A DNA stretch of 63,913 bases from Octopus sinensis (Eukaryota). Shown here in pieces: positions 1 to 13,216 of this stretch; position 1 is the stretch's first letter; the number at the start of each line of letters is the position of its first letter. The notes beneath the pieces are model-generated. The model was not told the DNA's origin, made no database searches, and saw nothing but the letters and a program-made list of their open reading frames with translations. Made by a program: the position numbers and the translations under genes. The stretch covers positions 3,410,088 through 3,474,000 of the forward strand of contig NC_043025.1 in the NCBI RefSeq assembly GCF_006345805.1, given 5' to 3'.

Positions 1-1986
1 TATGGCCTGGATTGACTACAAAAAAGGCGTTTGATAGCATCCCCCACACATGGATCCTCGAAACACTAGCATTAACAAAGTAGCACCAACAATCATAAAA
101 TTCATAGAGCACTCTATGAATAATGGCAAACAGTCCTACACCTCCAAACAAAGAGGGACACATGAAAACCAAAGACATCCCCATTAGAAGAGGAATATTC
201 CAGGGAGACACGCTCTCTCCACTCCTTTTCTGCTTGGCACTGTCACCTCTATCTGATATGCTAAATAGAACTGGATGCGGATATAAATGTCACGGCAAAA
301 CGATCAGCCACCTTTTATATATGGATGACCTAAAACTATACGCTGCAAATGACAAACAGCTGGAAACACTATTAAAGACAGTTCATGGATTTACCAAAGA
401 AATAGATATGAAATTGGATTATAAAAATGCGCCAAAGTAACCCTGAAAAGAGGAAAACTAGTTAAGAGTAACAACATCACACTAGATAAAACCAATGAAA
501 TAAAAGAATTAGACCAAAGCCAAACTTACAAATACTTAGGAATCCATGAACTAGATAAGACACAACACACACAATGAAAGAGAAAATAAAAAAAGAATAT
601 TATAGACGAGTTAGATCAATACTAAACACAGAGCTCAATGCTAAAAACAAGATAATAGGTATCAACACTTTAGCTGTCCCAGTTATAAGTTACAGCTACA
701 ATATCCTTAACTGGACACGAAATGAACTGACCAAAATAGATCGGAAAACAAGAAAAATAATGACAGGATCTAGGATGCATCACCCAAAATCTGACATAGA
801 AAGACTATATATACAACGTATAGAAGGTGGATAGGCCTTATACAGCTGGAAAACTACTATAAAATAACCACCATAGGACTGCAAAAATATCTACTTCAGA
901 AGGAAGGAAAACTGATCCAGATAGCGGCAAAACACGAGCAAAACAAAAAAATGTTCTCAGTATTTAAGGAAGCTGACAAATACAAACAAGAAATCATACC
1001 ACCTAATAAACATGAAGAAGAAGATGAAGAAACAACAAAAGCTATAAAACAAATGAAATCCAAACTAAAAATAGAACAGAAACGAACCATGATAAAATGA
1101 TGGCAAGAAAAGCCCCTTCATGGTAAATACTGGACTAAACTAAACGCAAAAAAAAACAAAGAAAAAATCCCAGCAATGGTTGAGAAGCTCAGGACTCAAA
1201 GCAGGAACAGAGGGTTTTAATTGCATCACAAGACAAAGCCTCCCCACCAGAAATTACCAAAAACATGTAACGAAAAGAAATATTACAAGTAACTGCAGAT
1301 ATGTGGAGATGGACAATAAACAATAAATCATATTATCTCTAGCTGCCCAGTCTTGGCTAAGAAGGAATATATTCACAGACATGACACAGTTGGAACCTAC
1401 ATACATTGGAAGCTATGCCAACATTATGGAATAACAACAGAAAAAAGATGGTATAGGCACACACCAGAAAAGGTCACAGAAAACGAGAAGCAACCATACT
1501 CTGGGATATGCCGATACACACAGATAGAGAAATTAAGGCCAACAGACCAGATATAGTTGTCAGAGATCATGAAGAAAAAAAATGCTTTCTAATTGATGTA
1601 TCAATACCGGCAGATGACAACGTGTCTCTAAAAGAAATGGAGAAACTTTCAAAATACAAAGACCTGGAAATAGAGGTAACTAGAATGTGGAATCTGAAAA
1701 CAGAAACAATTCCTATCATAGTAGGTGCATTAGGCATGATAAAAAAAATATTCAGACAAATACATAACAAAAACACCAGGACTTACAAACACATATAACA
1801 TACAGAAAATTGCACTACTAGGCACTGCACACATCCTACGCAGAACACTTTCCATACAATAACCATCAGAGCATCACAACAAATCACAGCACATACCCAA
1901 GGCACACAGAGCTGCGCTCGGTAGTGAAGTGAAAGCACGCTATAAAAATAAAACTACTGAATAATAATAATAATAATAATAATAAT
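1..1986 (+). mobile_element. R4/Dong-like non-LTR retrotransposon 3' part (RT plus restriction-like endonuclease), frameshifted, with (AAT)n tail
   Basis: IRRGIFQGDTLSPLLF, HLLYMDDLKLY, HDTVGTYIHWKLC and RPDIVV..FLIDVS motifs split over several ORFs; 3' UTR followed by an (AAT)n run at about 1960-1986. Confidence 0.9.
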
Positions 1987-2039
1987 CCTTTCTTTATTAG
2001 CCACAGGGGCTATAATTTCTATAATCTCCATCTATCTAT

Positions 2040-2089
2040 CATCGTCATCATCATCGCCTTCAATATCATGATGTCGTACTCATCATCAC

Positions 2090-2133
<44 letters not shown>

Positions 2134-2147
2134 CACATCACCATCAC

Positions 2148-2195
<48 letters not shown>

Positions 2196-2250
2196 GTTCA
2201 TTACTGTCGTCGTCACTGTCGTCGTTGCCCCTGTCTTTGTCATCATCATC
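2040..2250. repeat. (CAT)n trinucleotide microsatellite
   Basis: Direct catcatcat run; source of the poly-M/S/I ORFs. Confidence 0.95.
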
Positions 2251-2644
2251 ACCATCGTCTTCTCCCTCTGCTCCTTCTCCTCATCTTTTCATCTACACAA
2301 TATCCATCCTCATCAGTTTCATAATCCTAGTCATCTTCATCATTAACAACTAACTATTGACATCATTTTCCTTTATGATTATCTTCATCTCAGCCTGTTG
2401 TTTTTCTTTTTCTTATAATCATATTCAGTAGCATCATCATCATCATCATGTCCATCCTCATACTTCTTCTTCCTCTTCTTCTACCCTTCCCTTTTTTCTT
2501 TCTTGTATCCAATTTCCTCGTCATTATTGTCATTCGTTTCTTCTGTATTTTGGCAAATCATCTATTAAAATCTCCATCTCCCCCATGCCCAATTTAGGAT
2601 CCATAATTACCCTCATCTAACTGACACACACTTCAAAACCTGTC

Positions 2645-3850
2645 TTTAAACCCTACAATCTTTACTACTGACCCCAACCCAATCCAATTAGATGCAATAA
2701 TACAACACTTAGTAACATTACCGTCACAACACGCCTCCCCACTGTAATGCCTCGCTCTACAATACTACCCATATGACTACATATAGCAGTGATGATATCC
2801 CTTCCCAATCCAATACTGGTACTGATTATACCCCCAGTTCCGCTTTGTTGATAACATATCTTACGAACCTGACCTTCCCGTCGATAGATTGCAACCGTAG
2901 GTGAGGCAGAAAAACCTGCAATTTCTGGGTGTCTCAACTTTACCCTCTTAAGGTTCTTGACTATGCAAAAATATAATCTACAAATGCCGAGTAGTAACAC
3001 CACGCTCCCACCAAAAAAACGGTCTACATAGGCAGCACCGTTGATTTCAGGCACCACCATCGAGCACGCACGAACTTGCTTTCTCTAATCTAATTCTAAA
3101 TGATATGCCTCCTTAGCAACTTATATGCACAAACTCAAATATCGAAATATTCCCCATACCTTACTCTGGTCCATCGTAAGAGAGGTTCCCCATACGACAC
3201 TAATCTCGGCTTTTGTAAGTTGTGTTTAAGGGAATCGCTAAGCATCCTTCGCAACCACAACCCCTCATTATTTAATAGATTCCCAGATGTAATACTCTCT
3301 TGCAAACACAGGTTCACTCATCATTTTCCCATTTTGTTAAATCTATGTAATCGGATTACTATTGACCGTAAGATGCAACTAGGTTTCACTAGCAACTTAT
3401 CCCTTGCATTAATACACTTTTTCTACGGAATTATTCCTTTTTATGATTACCTTTGCACATTCGTTTCACCCTGTACATCGTACCCCCTTACAGTCACCCC
3501 ATCCTCACACCTTGTATTCTTCCCCTTTTCTCCATCTCTCTACAACCCAAATCACCCACAACTACTTCACTGCTCTCGGTACCAGTCTATCTACTCCTCT
3601 TCCCTCCTTTACTCTCATACACTTCTACATACCTCAGTACTCTCCTTCACCGACAACCCACCTACATTACTTGATCCCCCTCTTCAACCTAAAGCCTCTA
3701 GCAATAACTGCTGCTGTCTTAACTACCAAATTACCCCTCACTTACTCTGTCCACTACCCTCTATCTTCTCTCATACCTTTCTACTTACCTTAGTAATTTC
3801 CCTCCTCCGCCAACTAACTTCTTTTTGTCGAATTGACCCTTAGCCACACC
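2645..3850 (+). mobile_element. Penelope-like element 3' fragment (GIY-YIG endonuclease C-terminus and pyrimidine-rich 3' region)
   Basis: Degenerate CN..CPL.G.CL..NIIYKC..YIGST motif across frames and PYDTNLGFCKLCLRESLSI...FNRFPDVILSCKHR, typical of PLE C-termini. Probably continues at 5561-6010 after the Gypsy insertion. Confidence 0.75.
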
Positions 3851-3904
3851 ATCAGAATCTATAAATTTGACCTTTCCCTCTCTTTAATAGTTGCCCTTCC
3901 CTTT

Positions 3905-5560
3905 AGTTGTGGGAATAATAGTAATAATGCCACATCCATCCCACGTGACGAGTGGTGTGGGAAGTCGCTATAAATAAGGTGATGTCGGTTAGTATAGAAA
4001 GAAAGTACGAAGTAGACGGTTTTAGTCGTGTTTCTACTGGTCTAAAAACTATACTGCTATACCGAAGAGGGCGTTAAGAATCTGACATTAAGGATTATAA
4101 CAGATGCGACGAGAAATGAACAAAATCACGAGGAATTATCAAACAAAAGTTTTTCTTTTGTGCGAATTTTACGGGAAAAAAATCGCAGAATTACGGAAAA
4201 TTTGGTGGCCAATTCGCTCGAGTTGCAAAAACAGCAACAGCAGCAACGGAAAGAACAACAGCAGCAGCAGATGCAATTGCAAGAACAACATCAGACGCTA
4301 CAAAAACAACAATAATTAATATTACAGCAACAAATGCTGTAATTAATGATAGTAACTCATCAGCAAATGCTGGAAAAAATGTTCTCGCCAGATTATGTTG
4401 CGATTTTACTGGTCCTATAAACGGTTCATACTACTCAGTGGTAGTTGATAGTTTCTCTAGATGGTCTGACATTTGAAAGTGTAAAAACCCAACTACCTCA
4501 AATGCGACAATTTTTTTTCTCTTTAAGTGTTTGCGAGGTTGGCATGACAGAGGCGATGGTGTCTAACAACGGAACACAATTTTGTCTCTTGAATATAAAA
4601 AGATTTGTGAAATAGTCGCAGTAGAGGATGTAACTATTGTGTTGTACCATCTGAGATCTAACGGACAAGCAGAACGCTCTGTCGATACGTTCAAGAGAAA
4701 GACGAATAAGGAGGTCACGGGCGTGGTAGCTCTACAATAATACTGAAGAGCATACCGTGTGACACCAAATCCAAATACACCAACAGGTATACCACCAGCA
4801 GAGTTGAAGTTTGCGAGGAAAATAAAACCAGTCTTCGACAATTGCCACCGGGCAGGAAAAGAAAAATTACAAGGGAAAATACAGTAAGATTTTTCAAACT
4901 TAGTGAAAAGGTATTTATGAAGGCATATAAGAATGAAAAACAGAGTTGGGAAGATGGTGCGATCACCAAATGCATAGGAAAATGCTATAGTTGGTAAAAA
5001 GTAGAAAAGGCGTATACAAGAGATACATGAACCAACTGAAGAAAATAAAGATTCGTTGAGAACGAAACCAAGAGAATGGAAGAACCAATAGAATGGCTAT
5101 ATGATACTTTTCAAGTACCAACACCACTACAGGTGATTGAACCCAGGCGCACAAGCGTAAGAAAAAGAAGATGTACATGGTTCCTGGAAGTGGATACCAA
5201 ACGGAAAAAAATATTAAATATGTGACTAAGAAAAAATACCCCTCAAAAATGAGAAGTGGGGTGATATAAAGAGTATTGCAATTAAAAGAAATAAAATGAC
5301 ACTCCATAAGAAAAAAAGAAAGTCGTAAAAGGGGAAATGTTGTTGGGATAGAAATAATAATGGTAGACCCCTCCCACGTCACGTGTAATATGTGAGTCAC
5401 TATAAATAAGGTGACGTCGGTTAGTATATAAAGAGAGAAAGATAGAGAGGGACAGAGTACGAAGTAGGCAGTTTTAGATAGCCGTGTCATTACTGGTCTA
5501 ACAACTATACTGTTATAGCGAAGAGAGTGATATAACAATCCGACATTAAGGATCACAACA
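3905..5560 (+). mobile_element. Internally deleted Gypsy LTR retrotransposon with paired LTRs
   Basis: Related LTRs at 3905-4102 and 5338-5560 ending ...ACA; degenerate PBS gatgcgacgag; polypurine tract before the 3' LTR; integrase remnant DFTGPINGSYYSVVVDSFSRW; flanks ccttt/tcttt (TSD with 1 mismatch). Confidence 0.85.
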
Positions 5561-6490
5561 TCTTTCACATTGTCTCAACTTCCCATTGTTCTATAACCAA
5601 TATCCCTAAATTTTGACATCTATTCACAAACCTAACAACTAACTACCCTTCAATTACTAGCCATTTCACCCCTCCCACTCACCACCCAACTCCCTTATCT
5701 CCTCTCATCCTTCTCTGCCTCAACAATCCCCACTCTCCACCGAGACTTCTACTTCTCCCTCTCCAAAACTGCTTGCTCTACACATTTAACCCCCCCCCCC
5801 CTTTAAACTTCTCTGCATCACGATCTGAAATGTAAGATCTTGCTTCTACCCTGACGAGGAAGGGTCAACTTACCCAACGTTTATTTGATTCCATTACTGG
5901 CCACATATTCTGATGAGCTACAACTACAAATATTATGACGGATTTCTGAGCCCCAGAAACGGATGTTGGATTTGTAACACCTTGCCTCCTCCCCTTTAAT
6001 TTTCTCTGTCGTCTGTACGCAGTGTAAGTTTGATCTATTAACATATAAATATTTATATATTTATGCTCAAATATTCATCGTCTAAAAATCTTCAGTCTTT
6101 ACTTTCTTTCTCTTTACATATATAAATATACCATATATTTTGTATATCAAGCCCAAGCTGCTGTATTTAATTTGTTTACCCACACAACTGCTTCTGTATC
6201 TGATCACCTGGATTCCTCTTACAGTCACACATTACCCAACCAACTGGTAAAGGTGTCGGAGTCTAAGTTCGAATCATTTGAGCGCAACAAAGGATTTTCT
6301 TTAACGAGAATCTTTAGATCTCTTATTTCAATTATAAATACACATGTACACACACACATAAACACGCATATATATATATTGCGTCTCATGTTTGATCTTT
6401 GACTTCTGGCCGAAATCACATCGCCATGTTGATTCGCTAGCTTCTTCGCGCATTTTTTTCTCTCCTTCTTTCTGTGTTTCTTTTCTGTGT

Positions 6491-6530
6491 ATCTTTCTGT
6501 TGAAGAGCGTAGGCTCGAAACGTTAAAGAC
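6491..6530 (+). ncRNA. Minimal type-I hammerhead-like motif with non-canonical core
   Basis: UCUUU/AAAGA stem I; CUGuUGA(A) core; GAGC-GUAG-GCUC stem II; GAAA; palindromic ACGU helix III; GUU triplet. Confidence 0.5.
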
Positions 6531-6879
6531 TTGTTTCATTTATATTTCCTGAGCGCCATACTAATACAATTGTTTGTTTGTATTCCACCTGCCTTCGTCT
6601 TTTGTTTATATCCGTAAACTTGTCTTCGTCTTTTGTATATTTTCATAAAGCTTACCGTTATATATATATATACGCATACATAGACGCACACACTCACGCA
6701 CACGCACATACACACACACACATATATACATTAATAATAAAGAGTATAAATATAGAACTGGTGTGTATATACATACTTGTATGTTTTGTATGTATGTATA
6801 TGTGAAAATTCTTGTTTTACATTGTGTACGTTTTCTCATGCGTATAGTTGCATATATAGACACGCTCAAATATATTTAA

Positions 6880-8690
6880 ATGATAAACTTCTGGAAAGTC
6901 TTACCGAATTTTGCAGTTCCAGTGAGAAATTGGATCTGTAATCTTTGAATTAGCTTTACGTTTCTGGTATTGACAAGCTCAAATTTCTCAAAATTGGTAT
7001 TTAGGTAGTGTTACATATCCCAGTGCGCTAGTAATTACAGGTACAAACCTGAACTTGTAATCTGCATAGGGTATCGTCAGATTTCTCAATAGTTCAGTGT
7101 AGGTATTCCCTTTTTCACTGATCTTCAGCTTAATGTTAACATCCGCTGGGCAGCAGATTTCCACAACTGTACACAGTTTCTCTTCTCAATCCCAAATCCT
7201 TATATATTTCTTTACTATTTTATATATTTCCTGTCTGTTGTGCTTACACTTTATTGAGGTCTGCATGGGACATTCCACCAGTATTCCTTTTTATTATGAG
7301 TGGATATGGCTTCTACCATAATGTGGGTCCTTATTTCTTCGTCCTCTTTTTTTTTATCCCTTGCATATTCTTTGCATAAAGTTTCATGTCATCCACAAAG
7401 AAACAGTGTGTAATTTTGGTGTTTCTGTTTCCGTGTGAACCAGTGAGATATCTTTTAGACTTCAATAACATGAATGACAAAGGGTTTACAGAAAGTATAA
7501 ACACTATCACAGAGAGGCTGTTGCCTTCGAATAGCCTTTGCGACATTGTATTCTATCAGTGATTATACAGTCACTCTTTGCGTTTAATTTCAATATGGTG
7601 GTCTACGATGAAGTCAGGTCAACTATGGTTTTGACCATGCTCACTGGAACTTCAGCAAGTTGAGGGACTTCTAGCATCCATGTGTAGAGAACATAGTCAA
7701 AGGCTTTCTTGTAGTCTAGCTACATTGAAACGAGGTTCATCCTACGTTCTCGCACCTGACATCACACCTTTGTTGATTAACAATTATTCGCCATTGCCCC
7801 AAACTCCCTTCTTCCCAGCTGCTTGTTCTGCTGTGATGATGTCATTAGCTTCACACTGGTAATGGAGGAAGAGTTTTAAACATGTTGTATATATCTTATA
7901 CATTAAGTTCTGGCATGCAATTGGCCGGTACGTTTTTTTTGCTATGTGGATGGTTCTGCATTTGGGGATCAACTTTGTCTCAGTTGGAGCTAACCAGGGT
8001 GGTATGCTACCGTTCCCAATGAGAGTTTGCTGGTAAAGTTCGATAAGATATGGTCGGTAGAATGTTAGCTTCTTGTACCAATATCCAGCAAGTAAGTCTC
8101 TTCCAGATGTTTTTCCATCCTGGAGTTTCTGGATCACAGTTGCAAGGGTTTCACCATCAATGTTGTATGTCTTGGATGTAATGCAGGAGCAATGACTTTT
8201 TCGGATTTCTTCTAGCCATGGAACATCTTGGTTAAATTCCTTCTCTTCACTCCAGATTTTCCTCCACAAGGAGTCTATGTCTCCTAATGAAGGAGCTTCT
8301 GTGATGTTCACTGCTCCTCCTCCTCCTCTCATGTCTGTCTACTGCTGCCTGGTTCCAGTTGAATTTTTATTGTTCTTCTCTCGGTTATTCTCTTCTGATG
8401 TCGAAGTTAATTCACTGACAACTTTTAGCTCTTGCTTCAGGATAATCAGTTCTCTTTTTGCTGTCTCCAAACATCATTTCTATCTCTTTTACTTTCTGTT
8501 GCTGGGACGCATAAGGATTTGTTTGTTTGCACGCAATAAGCATCATTACATGACTTTTGGTCTTCCGTAAAGCAGTTATGTTCTTCTCTGTCTTCAAAGC
8601 CCATGGTGGTACTTCCTTTGTTGCTTCGGTTTTGTTTACCTTCTGAATGTCATTCATGTCCTGCTTTGCAGTAGTAACCAGAGTATATAG
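6880..8690 (-). mobile_element. Degenerate R4/Dong-like LINE fragment
   Basis: YRPIACQNLMYKIYT, EQAAGKKGVWG, ITHCFFVDDMKLYA and RLE remnants on the minus strand. Confidence 0.85.
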
Positions 8691-8696
8691 AATGGC

Positions 8697-8907
8697 GTGT
8701 GTGTGTATGTATGTATGTATGTATGTATGTATGTATGTATGTATGTATGTATGTATGTATGTATGTATAAATATATGTACGTATGTATGTATGTATGTAT
8801 GTATGTATAAATATATGTACGTATGTATGTATGTATGTATCTATCTATCTATCCATCCATCTATCTATCTACCTGTCTGTCTGCCTGCCTGCATATCTAT
8901 CTATCTT

Positions 8908-8970
<63 letters not shown>

Positions 8971-9050
8971 GTCTGTCTGTCTGTCTGCCTGTCTATCTAT
9001 CTATTTGTCTGTCTTCCTGTCTGTCTGTCTGTCTGTCTGTTATCTCTCTC

Positions 9051-9091
<41 letters not shown>

Positions 9092-9120
9092 ATATCTATC
9101 TATCTTTTTATCTATCTAAC
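8697..9120. repeat. Compound (ATGT)n/(ATCT)n/(GTCT)n microsatellite
   Basis: Direct tandem tetranucleotide runs. Confidence 0.95.
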
Positions 9121-10492
9121 GAATATCACTTCCTCCCCCTCTCTCCCTCTCTCTGTCAATCTAACGAATTTATCTGACAAGTGAATATGTATAACGTTTC
9201 ACTGATTTTTAGGCAACTTATTTGGTGTCAATTGTTGTCCATATATTAACCAGTATTTCAGTATCTTCAGTTAACTACTCTTTCACATATCTACTATTTA
9301 AATGTTAATGATTTTAACTTCATGAGAAGACCTTCAATGTGTGTCTAATTGTAATATTAACAGATTTGAATCGCAACCAGAACCATGGGGACGGAATATA
9401 TATTATATCATGTCCGCAACGGTAGCGGTTTCCTTATCACTTAATGTTCTTTGAAAGACTGCTAATGAAACGATTGTAGACATTAATTAGTTCTGTATCA
9501 TATCTCTGTTCTCATTAAGGTAACTGGCATGTGGCAGTTTTATATATTGTAAAATGGATTTAATTTAACAGCGTTTCTTGAGTAAGTTTGTACTCTGAAA
9601 TAATATATATCTCATATATAACTGACGTACTTTACGGTACTTTAGTTTAATACGTGATACTTTGCAGGTTTTCTAAAATTCAAATTATATACAACATTCA
9701 AATAGTATTTCCAACAACATTGAGCTTGTGTGTGTATGGACTGATATTATAAAGGATATACAGGGTGTCCATAATCAACCCTTATAATTTGAAAGATTCA
9801 GGAAGAAAAGAAATAAGGACAACTCAGCAAGTTGCATGCAACCAATGGAACCCACGTAGAAATGTTCTGATGTTTCTAATAAAGAACCGCTAAGTTACGT
9901 AGACGTAAACAACCCAAGACCTGTTGACAAGAGTGTTGGGTGATAAACACAAAGGCAAATACACACGCATATATACGACGGACTTCCACACAGTTTCCGG
10001 TCGCAAATTTACTCAAGGGCTTATTCGACCCAAGGTTGTAGTAGACGTCACTTACCCAAGGTGGCACACAGTGCGACTAAGGAATCCATGTCTGTGACAA
10101 GCAATCGTTATGCCACAGAGCCATACCTGTGCCTACATCGAAAATAATATTTCTCTCATAGATGAGAATGTTGTATAGACCCCATGATATGCACATAACA
10201 GTCTCGTTGTTGTGTCATTTTTATATTTTATCATCTTCCATCTTTTGTTGTTGGGGGTTTCACAAAAGATTTTCTCCTAGCTTAGAAAATCTGAATCAGA
10301 TTGAAGGAACCTATTCCTGTTCAAACAACACTGCCATAAGAACAATTCAAGGAAATAAACAACTGAACTGCGAACATGAACATTTATTCAGTTCGTGTTG
10401 AGTAAAGAGCATTTTAGACAGTACTGAACAAGAGAAAGCAGATTTATTTACTTTTATTTTAATGTGTATAATATTTATCTTTCTTTTTTCAG

Positions 10493-10564
10493 ATATTTGC
10501 ATGATAATCGAATAAAAAACTATGAGGATGGTGCTTTCTTATTCCTCCCCAGCATAAGTCACAT
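10493..10564 (+). CDS. aGPCR exon: single leucine-rich repeat ([25 protein letters not shown])
   Basis: tttttcAG acceptor and GTAAGT donor. Exactly 72 nt (24 aa), phase 2-2, LxxNxIxxxxxGAFxxL pattern typical of one-repeat LRR exons. Confidence 0.9.
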
Positions 10565-13185
10565 GTAAGTAAAACGAATCTGCTTACTGGAAAATTAAGA
10601 TCTTATAGAAGAGATCATCAGTTTCTCAGTTCTTTGTGAAAGACAGATGACAATAAATAACGATGAATTGCTTTTAATTTTAGTGGTTCGAAATGGTTAT
10701 TTCCGAGTATTGTGTTTTATCATTGTAAATCTATGTTCAGATAGCATGAGGGTTGATTTAGCCTAATTTCATCCACGTTTATAAATATACATAATAAACT
10801 GGAGATGATATAATGGCCCAGACACATACATGCATAAATGCTTGTGTATGGGTATGTCTTGGGTCATCCCATAAATAATGCAGCTTTTAATCTTTTATTT
10901 TTCAAAATTAAGATAAACAAAGTTCTTTTTTAATCTAAAAATATACTCTCCTTCATTTTCTATAACGCTCTCCCATCTATCTGGTAGACTTGCGAGGCCC
11001 ATCTAAAATTCACTTGTCCGTGACAAAACATACCCCTCCAGTACTGTTCTGACCTCGTCTACAGAATTCATATGTTTTTCGGTCCAAATGATTTTGAAGA
11101 CTGTGGAATAAATGATAATCAGATGAGGCAATGTCCGGTGAATAAGGTGGGTGGGGTGACGTTTCCCATTCAAACTGCTCCAGCCTTTGGAATTTCAATC
11201 TTCTTGTATGTGGCCGAGAATTATCCTGATGGAAGAATACCTTTCGTCTTGAAACCAAAGATGGTGATTCTTCTTCTAGCGCTGAATTAATCTACTCAAG
11301 CTGCTTGTAGTAGTTCTCCTTTGTTATCGTTTGGTTTCCGGTTTAAAATCTCAAAGAGGATAACAGCACTTTACGTGGGTGGAGACCTTCTTTAGCCTGT
11401 GATTTCGTGGTGAAACCTTAAAAGCCAAGGGTTTAGTGCGGAATAATATGACAAATGTATTTGAAACAGACTGGATGGAATTATTTAACTGATGGGACTT
11501 CACCATCATTTTGTTTTTGTAAAAAATGTGAATCGTTCTTCCGGAGGAATTAAGAAAAGAATTAAAGAACATTTTTCTTATGAATTTGGTTTTTACACCA
11601 AACAAAGGCGAAGTTTCAAGTAAAAGAAAATTTTCTACCGGTATTTAAACCAAAAAGGACTGTACTTTTGTCAACGTCAAAACGAGTTAACGAAGAGTTG
11701 GATAGACTTGAAAAGCTTCGAGTTATTGAAAAACTTGACAACGCTGAATGGGTGTCCCCAACAGTTTATATCAAGAAAGAAGATCTGTGTATATGTTGAG
11801 TTTTCAACAGAGATAAACGAATATTTGATGCCATATAATTACCCCTTACCAAGTCCGGAAGAAATTTTCGCGAATCTGGAGGAAAAGTTTTTCGAAGTTG
11901 GACCTATCTGAAGCACAACTGCGGGTACAAGTTGATGAGAAATGTTCAAAATTACTAACGATAAATACCCATATAGGAGTGTATAAATTTAATCGACTTC
12001 CTTTTGGTATTAAGTTAGTACCAAGTAGGTTCCAGCAAGTTAGGGACACTATGCTCGCAGGTTCGGATTTCGCAATAGCGTATCCTGACAACATACTCAA
12101 AATAAGTGAATCTCGTGGTCAGCATGCTGAGCATGTTAAAAAGGTCTTCGAAAAAATAAAAGATTAAGTTTAGCGAAGAATACTGTGGATTTTTATGCCA
12201 AGAATAAAATATCTCGGGCAGGTTATAGATGAAAATAGACGTAGACCAGACCCGTCAAAGGCGAGTGCAATATAGAATATGCCTCCCCCGACAAACATTA
12301 CAACGTTACAAGCATTGGGTGGGGCTCGCAAATTACTACCAGGTACACATAGCGTATATGCATGATTTGAGAGCACCGCTGATTAACTTGTTAAAAGGAC
12401 GTTAAGTGGAACTGGTCGGACAAATGCCAAAATGATTTTAAAGAAATTAAAAGCATCTTAACGTCAGAATTGTCTTTATCACGTTTTGACCCGAATTTAG
12501 AAATGGTAGTGGCATCAAATGCTAGTAAAATTTGGTATTTGAGCTGTAATTTTACACAAATATGAAGATGGTATCGTGAAAGCTGTAGCTCGTGTTTTGC
12601 GTTCCTTATTTCCGGCTGAGAAAAGTTAGAGTCAAATAGAGAAAGAAACATCAGCCATGAAATCTGCGGTAAAGAAGTTCCATGAATTTATACATGGAAG
12701 ATGATTCCGTCTGCAGATAGACCACTGCTCATTATTCTACTTTCTGGTTTTGTGAAGCCTAATCTCTCAAGATTAGTATTTAGGTAGTGTGTTACATATC
12801 CCAGGGTCCTAATAATTACAGGTATAAACCTGAACTTGTAATCTGGATAGAGTAACCGCAAATTTCTTAATAGTTTATCGTAGGTATTTTCATTTTCGCA
12901 GATCTTCAGCTTTATGTTTATGTCCGCTGGGCAGCTGATTTCAACAACTCTGCACAATTTCTCTTCTCCATCCCAAATCACTATGTCAGGTTTGTTGTGT
13001 CTACATTTTATTGAGATTTTCACGGGGACATTACACCAGTACTCCTTTTTATTATGAGTGACTACGGCTTCCAGTATACTGTGAGTTTTATTTCTTGTCG
13101 TCCGGATTATCCGCGGAGCGAATCTCATTATACAGTATCGAAACTAAAACATCATATCTTAGTGTGTGTGTGTGTGTGTGTTGTG

Positions 13186-13216
<31 letters not shown>

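Noticed and set aside
8647-9184. Long ORFs of type [24 protein letters not shown] here and at 22824-23207, 30095-30672, 34079-35275, 36877-37698, 42151-43000, 43892-44680 and 49362-50166
   Set aside because: Translations of (ATGT)n, (ATCT)n, (GT)n and (TA)n microsatellites that lack stop codons by composition.
9180-10490. Search for further upstream 72-nt LRR exons
   Set aside because: Several AG acceptors were tested, but none gave an LxxLxLxxN pattern with a donor 72 nt downstream; earlier exons probably lie upstream of the window.
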